Shown here: piece after piece, positions 47,423 through 54,997 of the stretch
Layout of the letters: each line of letters opens with the position of its first letter
How positions within the stretch are numbered: the stretch's first letter is position 1
Assembly: GCF_051252435.1 (NCBI RefSeq)
Contig: NZ_JBPOFW010000001.1
Coordinates: 888,826-952,825 of the forward strand
DNA: 64,000 nt
Direction: 5' to 3'
Source of the DNA: Patiriisocius sp.
Lineage (GTDB): Bacteria; Bacteroidota; Bacteroidia; Flavobacteriales; Flavobacteriaceae
Position numbers and translations under genes: made by a program
The notes under the pieces: generated by a model
Told to the model about the DNA's origin: nothing
Database searches by the model: none
The model's input: the letters and a program-made list of their open reading frames with translations, nothing else

Positions 47423-48835
47423 TTATTTTACGATAAGTCGTTTTGTAGTGTTACCGTTGATTTTTACAAGATACATTCCTGCATTTAATGAAGTAACATC
47501 AATTGATTTGTTACTAGTTTCAGTAAAAGATTCCATAACTACTTGTTGACCAAGAATGTTAAAAATCTCAATTGATGTAATTGGATTTGCAGAAGATTTA
47601 ATGGAGAAAGTACCTGTCGCAGGATTGGGAGATAATGTAAAATCATTAGTAGTTACCTCATTAGTTCCTAGAAGCGGGTCTTTTACGATAAGAAGACCTC
47701 TATTGATGTCGCTAATTACAATATTGCCGCTAGCAAAATAAGGATATACGCTCCAAGCTCCTTCAAATTCGGCGCTATTAGATTCTGGATAAGAATCGAA
47801 AGATGCAATTTCTTCGATATTACCATTAGCAATATCAGAAATATCTATTACTCTTAAACCTGCAGTGTAATTGGCCATGTAATATTTATCACCTAAAACA
47901 TAACCGTTATGGTCGATTGCATTGGTTGGTCCTTCATACTCAAAATCTAATTGAGGATTGTCTAAATCTTCAAAATCAAAAATAATTGTTCTTGTAGGGA
48001 AGCCATTAAATTGTTCATCCAACTCATCTCCTAAAATAAAATAACGCTGGTCTTCAGTAAACCAACCTTGGTGTGTGTAACCTAAGTTTGGATAATCTAT
48101 CGTTTCAATCTGAACAGGGGTATTTTTATTTGTTACGTCTAGTATTACAATTTCATCTGCATTGCTACTTATTAAAATTTCTCTTCCTGTATAATCTGTG
48201 TCAGGACCATTATATGTAACTACTTGTGCATCGTGGCTATAACCATCACCTGCGTATCCTCCTGCAGCAACCGGATTTTGTGGGTCTTGGATGTTGATAA
48301 AATGAGGTCCACCATTATTAAAAGTACTTGTGCCTACTGCGTAAGCAAAACCAGTGTCTTCATTGATAATAATATTGTGACAGTTACCAAATCCACCATA
48401 AAATGCATCAGTATCAAAAGATTCTGGCGGATTAGATACATTTCTTAGTCTTCTTAAATCAAATACTTGCATTCCATGACCGCTTGCTTCACTTACAATG
48501 AATGCGTGATCTTGATAAACTTTAATGTCTCTCCATGAACTAGAGTCTGTTTCAGTATCAAGTTTTCCTAGATAAATAGGGTTGATTGGGTCTGAAATAT
48601 CTACAAATGCTGTACCATTGTTCAATCCCATTAAAGCGTATTCTTTTCCTGTAGTCGGGTCTGTCCATCCCCAAGAGTCATTTCCACTACCAGCGTTCAT
48701 GTCTGCCAGTGAGATTCTAGATTGCAAATCATATCCGTCACAATCGAAAGGCCCTGCTGAGCCTCCTGAGCAGGGAGTTTGTGCCGTCAATGAAAATGAT
48801 GCAATTGCTAATACTAAAGGGAATAGTTTTTTCAT
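47423..48835 (-). CDS. Choice-of-anchor-B / LVIVD-repeat beta-propeller protein with a T9SS type-A C-terminal sorting domain
   Basis: 470 aa with a signal peptide. CSGGSAGPFDCDGYDL...NDSWGWTDPTTGKEYALMG is the choice-of-anchor-B start. C-terminal LSPNPATGTFSIK...LNAGMYLVKINGNTTKRLIVK is a Por secretion tail. Confidence 0.75.
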   Translation of the reverse strand: MKKLFPLVLAIASFSLTAQTPCSGGSAGPFDCDGYDLQSRISLADMNAGSGNDSWGWTDPTTGKEYALMGLNNGTAFVDISDPINPIYLGKLDTETDSSSWRDIKVYQDHAFIVSEASGHGMQVFDLRRLRNVSNPPESFDTDAFYGGFGNCHNIIINEDTGFAYAVGTSTFNNGGPHFINIQDPQNPVAAGGYAGDGYSHDAQVVTYNGPDTDYTGREILISSNADEIVILDVTNKNTPVQIETIDYPNLGYTHQGWFTEDQRYFILGDELDEQFNGFPTRTIIFDFEDLDNPQLDFEYEGPTNAIDHNGYVLGDKYYMANYTAGLRVIDISDIANGNIEEIASFDSYPESNSAEFEGAWSVYPYFASGNIVISDINRGLLIVKDPLLGTNEVTTNDFTLSPNPATGTFSIKSSANPITSIEIFNILGQQVVMESFTETSNKSIDVTSLNAGMYLVKINGNTTKRLIVK

Positions 48836-49101
48836 ATTTAATTTTTTTTTGAAATTTTATTTTATGTAAACCTATTGTTAATAAGGTGAAGCTACGAATC
48901 TAATGAGTTTAATGTGAGACGCAAATTTCACTAATTAATTACACAATGACTGTTAAAGTTTTCTATTTAATTAGCCTTAGCACACAATAATTCTATAAAT
49001 TACTTTTTTCAAAATGTGCTAATTAATTGGCAGGTGTTGATTTAATTACTACATCGTTTTATTCTTAAGATGTACCTTTGCATTCCTTAATTGAATTCAT
49101 A

Positions 49102-50151
49102 ATGCTAGAAAATAAAAATACATCAAGAACAGATATAAGCTCAATGGGAGAATTTGGTCTTATTGACCACTTGACAAAAGTATTCACTATTGAACATTCG
49201 TCAACCATAAGAGGTATTGGTGACGACGCAGCTGTTCTCGAATTAAAAAACCAACAAGTGGTAACCACCGATTTGCTTGTTGAAGGAGTTCATTTTGATA
49301 TGAGCTATATGCCCTTAAAACATCTAGGGTACAAAGCCGTGGTTGTGAATGTAAGCGATGTATATGCCATGAATGCTATTCCATCGCAAATTACCGTTTC
49401 AATTGCGGTTTCCAATAGATTCCCCGTAGAAGCGCTCGAGGAATTATATGAAGGTATTAATGCGGCTGTAAAACAATACAATGTTGATGTTGTGGGTGGA
49501 GACACTACATCCTCCACGAGTGGTTTGATAATTAGTATTACTGCAATAGGTTCAGCAAAAAAAGAAGAAATTGTATATCGAAGTAACGCAAAAGAAAATG
49601 ACTTACTCGTTGTGAGCGGTGATTTGGGCGCGGCTTATTTAGGACTGCAAATTTTAGAAAGAGAACGCCAGGTTTTTCAGGTGAACCCTAATGCACAACC
49701 AGATTTAGAACCTTATTCTTACCTTATTGAGCGACAATTGAAGCCTGAAGCACGGAAAGACATCCCAAAATTATTAAAAGATCTCGGCGTTTTGCCAACA
49801 TCAATGATTGATATAAGTGACGGATTATCGAGCGAGGTAATTCATTTGTGCAAACAATCCAAAGTGGGTTGTACGGTTTATGAAGATAAAATTCCTTTGG
49901 ATCCACAAGTGATTACAACTTGTGAAGAATTTAATATGGAAAGTACCACCATCGCAATGAATGGCGGAGAAGATTACGAATTATTGTTTACAATATCCAT
50001 GGAGGATTTTCCTAAGATTAAAGGAAATCCTAACTTTTCGGTCATAGGTCATATGAACAAAGAAAATGAGGGAGCACATCTAGTCACTCGTGCCAATACT
50101 AAAATTCCCATTGTGGCGAGAGGCTGGAATTCATTAAAAGAAAACGATTAA
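49102..50151 (+). CDS. thiL: Thiamine-monophosphate kinase
   Basis: ATG at 49102 (MLENKNTSRTDISSMGEFGLIDHL...). GDDAAVL, DLLVEGVHF, GGDTTSS. The track start at 49078 is an upstream TTG. Confidence 0.9.
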   Translation: MLENKNTSRTDISSMGEFGLIDHLTKVFTIEHSSTIRGIGDDAAVLELKNQQVVTTDLLVEGVHFDMSYMPLKHLGYKAVVVNVSDVYAMNAIPSQITVSIAVSNRFPVEALEELYEGINAAVKQYNVDVVGGDTTSSTSGLIISITAIGSAKKEEIVYRSNAKENDLLVVSGDLGAAYLGLQILERERQVFQVNPNAQPDLEPYSYLIERQLKPEARKDIPKLLKDLGVLPTSMIDISDGLSSEVIHLCKQSKVGCTVYEDKIPLDPQVITTCEEFNMESTTIAMNGGEDYELLFTISMEDFPKIKGNPNFSVIGHMNKENEGAHLVTRANTKIPIVARGWNSLKEND

Positions 50152-50358
50152 TTATATGGCAGCCGCCTGTTGTTGATTTTGGAAATAGTTCAAAAAAACT
50201 TGGTGGTTCTTTTCCCAATAAGGAGTCAATGAAACACGTCTGCCATAACCATCGGTTGTATATTGCTTTTTGCAATGACAGCATTCATATCTCTTTATTT
50301 GTACGTGGGCGGTGGCAAGCTCGGTAAGTTCATGCCCTTTAATTTTACATCTTAACAT
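50152..50358 (-). CDS. Small zinc-ribbon-like protein (C-x4-H ... C-x2-C), paralogue of the upstream ORF
   Basis: 68 aa. CKIKGH...YECCHCKK...DGYG aligns with the CSFIGH...YKCGNCGK...DTRG of the neighbouring ORF. Confidence 0.45.
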   Translation of the reverse strand: MLRCKIKGHELTELATAHVQIKRYECCHCKKQYTTDGYGRRVSLTPYWEKNHQVFLNYFQNQQQAAAI

Positions 50359-50370
50359 AGTTCAGAGTTT

Positions 50371-50619
50371 TTATGCAGTTATTTGTCTTTTGCTTCTTTT
50401 CTTAAAAAACAATGAGAGCGTTTCGTTTACTTCTCGCTGTTTCAGAGTAAGTTCCTCAAGATAACCTCTAGTGTCATCACAAACTTCTTTTCCACAATTT
50501 CCACATTTATATTCATTGATGTGGTTGGTGATTTTGTTCGTCACCGTATAGCTATGACCTATAAAAGAGCAGAATAAAGTGGCGATTGGTCGGTTGGTTT
50601 TTTTGTTGTTTTTTAACAT
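50371..50619 (-). CDS. Small zinc-ribbon-like protein (C-x4-H ... C-x2-C)
   Basis: 82 aa. It is co-directional with and downstream of the hydrolase gene. Basic N- and C-termini. Confidence 0.45.
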   Translation of the reverse strand: MLKNNKKTNRPIATLFCSFIGHSYTVTNKITNHINEYKCGNCGKEVCDDTRGYLEELTLKQREVNETLSLFFKKRSKRQITA

Positions 50620-50681
50620 GGTAATTAGATTTGGTAGATAAATCTAGACAAACTAATCGATATTAACGTTAAAAAACATAT

Positions 50682-51452
50682 TTAATCGATAAAGTGCATA
50701 AACTTTAACATTTCAGCTTCATCAGTCATCCAGCTCATGTGACCTCCGAAAACAATTTTTAAAGGTGTTTTTGTCTCTTCGGAAATTTCTTCGGAAACCG
50801 AAATAGGAACAATCGTATCTCTTTTACCAGCAATTATCAACTTGTCACCACCAAAGTTTTTTAAAACCGAAGATCTATCTTTTCTATCCCGCATTCCTCT
50901 AATGTTTGCAATGATACCATCCGTTGGAAAATCCATCGCCTGTTTTTTCAATTCAGAAATTTCCGAAGAGAACCGCAAACGATTTTCATTGGTAAAAAGA
51001 TTGCCAATTGCCATGCTCACGATAGCATGTTTTTGGGTTTTCATAAATTTAATGGCTCGGTCGCGATTCTCTTTTCGGTCATCACTATCTTTTTGCGTTG
51101 AGGAATTGACTAACACCACTTTGTCCACACGGTTTGGAAATAATTCAATAAAAGCAAGCGCCACATAACCGCCCATTGAGTGACCAATAATTGAAGCTAC
51201 TTCGATGTTGTGTTTGTCTAAAATTTCCGCAGTTATTGCAGCCATCAGTTCCATTGTGTGGGTTTTTGAAACAACGCCACTCTTGCCGTGACCGGGGAGG
51301 TCGATGGTAATTATAGTGTGGTTTTTTTTAAATTCTTCGATGGTGCGAGCCCACATCGCGCTACTTTCTAAAAAGCCATGCAGCAATACCAGCGCGGGGC
51401 CTGTGCCTTGTATGTCATAAAAAATAGAGGCGTTGTTGTAGCTTAAGTTCAT
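50682..51452 (-). CDS. Alpha/beta-fold hydrolase
   Basis: 256 aa. LLHGFLESS (oxyanion region), nucleophile elbow GHSMGG, and a C-terminal His (GGHMSW). Confidence 0.85.
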   Translation of the reverse strand: MNLSYNNASIFYDIQGTGPALVLLHGFLESSAMWARTIEEFKKNHTIITIDLPGHGKSGVVSKTHTMELMAAITAEILDKHNIEVASIIGHSMGGYVALAFIELFPNRVDKVVLVNSSTQKDSDDRKENRDRAIKFMKTQKHAIVSMAIGNLFTNENRLRFSSEISELKKQAMDFPTDGIIANIRGMRDRKDRSSVLKNFGGDKLIIAGKRDTIVPISVSEEISEETKTPLKIVFGGHMSWMTDEAEMLKFMHFID

Positions 51453-51493
51453 TTAGTTATCTTGGCAGTAAATTTTGAGCAAAGCTATCTATT

Positions 51494-52774
51494 TTGAATA
51501 TCAAGAAACAAACTTTTATCGTCGCATTTGCGTTATTTTCGCTCTTCTTTGGAGCAGGGAATTTAATATTACCACCGTTTTTGGGATTCAATGCAGGTGA
51601 AGACTGGTTACTTGTAACTTTGGGTTTTTCAATTTCTGCGGTCATAATTCCCATTTTAGCAATATATGCGCATGCGCGCTTGCAGGGAACAATCCTTGAT
51701 TTTGCAAATAAGGTATCTCCCATATTTGCTGTTGTTTATGCGGTGTTTGTCTATTTTATTGCAATTAGTTTGCCCGCGCCAAGGACAGCCTCAGTTACTT
51801 ATGAAATGGCAATCCAACCTTATTTTGAAATTTCATCCCTTTGGGTGAGTGCCATTTATTTTACATTCGTTTTGATATTCGCTTTAAACAGAACCAAAAT
51901 ATTAAGTGTTATTGGTAAATTTCTTACTCCTTTAATAGTACTCATATTATTATGTATTATTTGCATCGGGCTTTTTACCGATGTTGAGCCTATGCGGGCC
52001 AGTATTTTTGAAAACTCATTTACTGATGGAATTCTCGAAGGATATCAAACCTTTGATGCCATTGGTGGTGTTGTAGTAGGAGCCGTAATTGTAGTTTCGC
52101 TCGCTTTGCAAGGGAAGTTTAATTATGAAGAAAAGAAATCCATGATTGCTAAAGCTGGATTGATTTCGGGTATAGGGTTATTTGTTATTTATGGAGGTCT
52201 TATTGCTCTGGGAGCTTTTTATAGCGGTACGATTTCCGTAGAAAATAGAACCGAACTACTCACACTCTTAAGTACAAAAACTTTAGGTAATGTTGGGACG
52301 GCATTTTTAGGAGTCCTCGTAGCATTAGCGTGCTTTACAACAGCGGTTGGAATCGTAACGGGAACAGCCGATTTTGTAAAAGGATTAGCGAAAAACTCAC
52401 AAAAAGCATATACAATTACGGCGATATTGGGTTGTATCATTGGTGTTGCCGTGGGTCATTATGGCGTTGCTTATATTATTGCCGCCGCTGTCCCTGCGCT
52501 TATGTTTATTTATCCAATTACAATTGTATTGATATTGTTAAATGTAGTACCATCAAAATATGCCTCTCCATGGGTGTTTAAGGCAGTAACAATTGCAACA
52601 TTGATTTTTAGTATTCCAGACTTTCTTCAATTTTTTGTTGCCGAAGGAACATTAAACGAAGTGCGTGCTATTATTCCACTTTCTAAAGAGAGCATGGGTT
52701 GGGTATTGCCTGCATTGCTGGTTTTTGTTTTAGCCAATCTAAATACTAGAGGAATTTCAAATAAAACCAATTAA
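51494..52774 (+). CDS. brnQ: Branched-chain amino acid transport system II carrier protein
   Basis: 426 aa and polytopic. FALFSLFFGAGNLILPPFLG is the LIVCS family signature. TTG start. Confidence 0.85.
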   Translation: MNIKKQTFIVAFALFSLFFGAGNLILPPFLGFNAGEDWLLVTLGFSISAVIIPILAIYAHARLQGTILDFANKVSPIFAVVYAVFVYFIAISLPAPRTASVTYEMAIQPYFEISSLWVSAIYFTFVLIFALNRTKILSVIGKFLTPLIVLILLCIICIGLFTDVEPMRASIFENSFTDGILEGYQTFDAIGGVVVGAVIVVSLALQGKFNYEEKKSMIAKAGLISGIGLFVIYGGLIALGAFYSGTISVENRTELLTLLSTKTLGNVGTAFLGVLVALACFTTAVGIVTGTADFVKGLAKNSQKAYTITAILGCIIGVAVGHYGVAYIIAAAVPALMFIYPITIVLILLNVVPSKYASPWVFKAVTIATLIFSIPDFLQFFVAEGTLNEVRAIIPLSKESMGWVLPALLVFVLANLNTRGISNKTN

Positions 52775-54063
52775 GAATTCATCAAATCCTCAATTTCCTC
52801 AACTTCAATAGGAATATTGCGCATTAAATTAAATGGCTCTCCATTTTTTTGAATCACTACATCATCTTCTAATCGAATTCCAAAACCTTCATCTGGAATA
52901 TAAATTCCTGGCTCTACGGTGAAAACATTTCCGGCTTGCATTGGTTCATATAACAATCCGTAATCATGTGTGTCAAGCCCAATATGGTGTGATGTACCGT
53001 GCATAAAATATTTTTTATAAGCTGGCCAATCTGGATTTTCGTTTTTCACATCGGCTTTATCAAGTAATCCGAGTCCTATTAATTCCGAAGTCATTATTTT
53101 TCCAACTTCTACATGATATTCTGCCCACATTGCTCCTGGAACGAGCAGTTTTGTAGCTTCGTTTTTAACACGGTTGACGGCATTATACACTTGTTTTTGT
53201 CTATCGGTAAAACGACCACTTACTGGAATCGTACGTGACATATCGCTGCTGTAGTTTGCATATTCTGCACCAACATCCAGCAAAATTAAATCTCCTGCTT
53301 TACACTCTTGATTGTTCTCAATGTAATGCAAAACGTTTGCATTGTTTCCGCTAGCAACAATAGGAGTGTAAGCAAATTTCTTTGAACGATTTCTCAAAAA
53401 CTCATGCATAAATTCAGCTTCGATATCGAATTCCGAAACGCCAGGTTTTACAAAGCCTAATACTCTTCTAAAACCTTTTTCAGTGATATCACAAGCTGTT
53501 TGCATTAAATCGATTTCAATGGGGTCTTTTACAGAACGCAATCTTTGTAAAATGGGGTTGCTCTTTGCCCAGCTATGCGCTGGAAATTTATCTTTTGTTG
53601 CTTTTATAAAACGTGCTTCGCGGGTTTCGGTCGCTACATTTGCGCGATAATGTTCATTGGTGTTAAAGTAAATGGTTTCTACTTGTGTCATTACTTCGTA
53701 GAAAACTTTGTCAAATTCCTTGAGCCAAAAAACGGTTTTCACACCGCTAGTTTCAAAAGCTCTCTCTTTTGTCAATTTTTCGCCTTCCCAAACAGCAATA
53801 TGCTCATTGGTTTCAGTTAAAAAAAGCATTTCTCGATGCTTTGGGTTTGGGGCATCTGGAAATAAAACCAAAATACTTTCCTCTTGATCTACGCCACTTA
53901 AGTAAAATATATCTCTCGACTGCTCAAAAGGCATTGTGCTGTCTGCGCTAACAGGATAGATGTCATTACTGTTAAAAACAGCAAGGCTCGATGGCTTCAT
54001 TTTAGCCATAAAGTTTTTACGGTTTTTAATAAAGAGTGCGCGGTCAATTGGATGATATTTCAT
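52771..54063 (-). CDS. Xaa-Pro aminopeptidase (M24B family)
   Basis: 430 aa. N-terminal creatinase/AMP_N-like domain. LLDVGAEYANYSSDMSRT, HGTSHHIGLDTHD and EPGIY..IRLEDD are the metal ligands. Confidence 0.85.
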   Translation of the reverse strand: MKYHPIDRALFIKNRKNFMAKMKPSSLAVFNSNDIYPVSADSTMPFEQSRDIFYLSGVDQEESILVLFPDAPNPKHREMLFLTETNEHIAVWEGEKLTKERAFETSGVKTVFWLKEFDKVFYEVMTQVETIYFNTNEHYRANVATETREARFIKATKDKFPAHSWAKSNPILQRLRSVKDPIEIDLMQTACDITEKGFRRVLGFVKPGVSEFDIEAEFMHEFLRNRSKKFAYTPIVASGNNANVLHYIENNQECKAGDLILLDVGAEYANYSSDMSRTIPVSGRFTDRQKQVYNAVNRVKNEATKLLVPGAMWAEYHVEVGKIMTSELIGLGLLDKADVKNENPDWPAYKKYFMHGTSHHIGLDTHDYGLLYEPMQAGNVFTVEPGIYIPDEGFGIRLEDDVVIQKNGEPFNLMRNIPIEVEEIEDLMNS

Positions 54064-54170
54064 GATAATGCTCGTAAAAACGAGAGGTTTTTAATTAAAA
54101 TTTGTGATAAATTCAAAATTAAGATAAATTAATCATGGTGGCAAAGTGCAGTGATGAAATCATTCGAAAC

Positions 54171-54213
54171 AAAAAAAATAGTCTTTTCCATATTTTATGG
54201 AAAAGACTATTTT
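54171..54213 (-). terminator. Rho-independent terminator after the SYLF-like gene
   Basis: tagtcttttccat-atttt-atggaaaagacta, with a T8 run on the minus strand. Confidence 0.8.
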
Positions 54214-54229
54214 CAAAAAATTAATGATT

Positions 54230-54763
54230 TTATTGATTGATTGGGGAATATCTAAATTTTTGCCCACCAACTGAAACTTCGGCCATTAAGCCACCTTTTG
54301 TTAATGTAAATACTGCTACGCCATCGTCATAAGCACCATTGATAGTTGCATCTTTTTGCAGAGCTATTGCGCTAACTTGCGAAGTGAGCTCTAGATCATT
54401 ATCCATAAAATTCTGTACAGAAACGTCAGTGTTCATAAATATAATTTCAGAATATCCTTCGCCTCCTATTTGTGCTCCAATATCTAATTGTTTCAAATCT
54501 GCCATACCTACTAAAACCCCTCTTTCGTAAACAACGCCATTTCCAGATGCTGCACCAATAATCATTGCTCCTTTTCCTACATTTGGGAAAATTGCATACA
54601 CCTTTGCGCTATCAAAATAGCTTTGAATTTCTGGGTTACTTTTTAGCATTTCAGCTTTTGCTTCTTCCGCAGCTTTAATAATTTTCATGTCATCTTTATT
54701 TTGAGCAAAAGATGCCAATCCAACTAATAAGACTAAACTTAAAATTAAATTTTTGATTTTCAT
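54230..54763 (-). CDS. Secreted SYLF (DUF500)-domain-like lipid-binding protein
   Basis: 177 aa with a signal peptide. FPNVGKGAMIIGAASGNGVVY...DIGAQIGGEGYSEIIF...AEVSVGGQKF resembles the SYLF/Ysc84 domain. Confidence 0.55.
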   Translation of the reverse strand: MKIKNLILSLVLLVGLASFAQNKDDMKIIKAAEEAKAEMLKSNPEIQSYFDSAKVYAIFPNVGKGAMIIGAASGNGVVYERGVLVGMADLKQLDIGAQIGGEGYSEIIFMNTDVSVQNFMDNDLELTSQVSAIALQKDATINGAYDDGVAVFTLTKGGLMAEVSVGGQKFRYSPINQ

Positions 54764-54997
54764 GATTTTGAATTTTTTGTTATACTCAAAGATAAAATTT
54801 CACATCGTATTCTCTTGTTAATGAGATGTTATAGCATGTAAAACTTATCCTAAAATTTTAATTTGAATTTTCAATCCAATTTTTTGAATTTGTCATCCTT
54901 TCATAAAAACTTCCATAATCAAAGTTGTTTGGTGAAATTTTCACATATTGTGTGTGAAGTGCAAAATGGTTAATTTGTAGGTTCAAAAAACCAATCT

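Noticed and set aside
51457-51723. An 88-aa minus-strand ORF between the hydrolase gene and brnQ
   Set aside because: It overlaps the conserved BrnQ N-terminus (FFGAGNLILPP) on the opposite strand and is most likely a shadow ORF.
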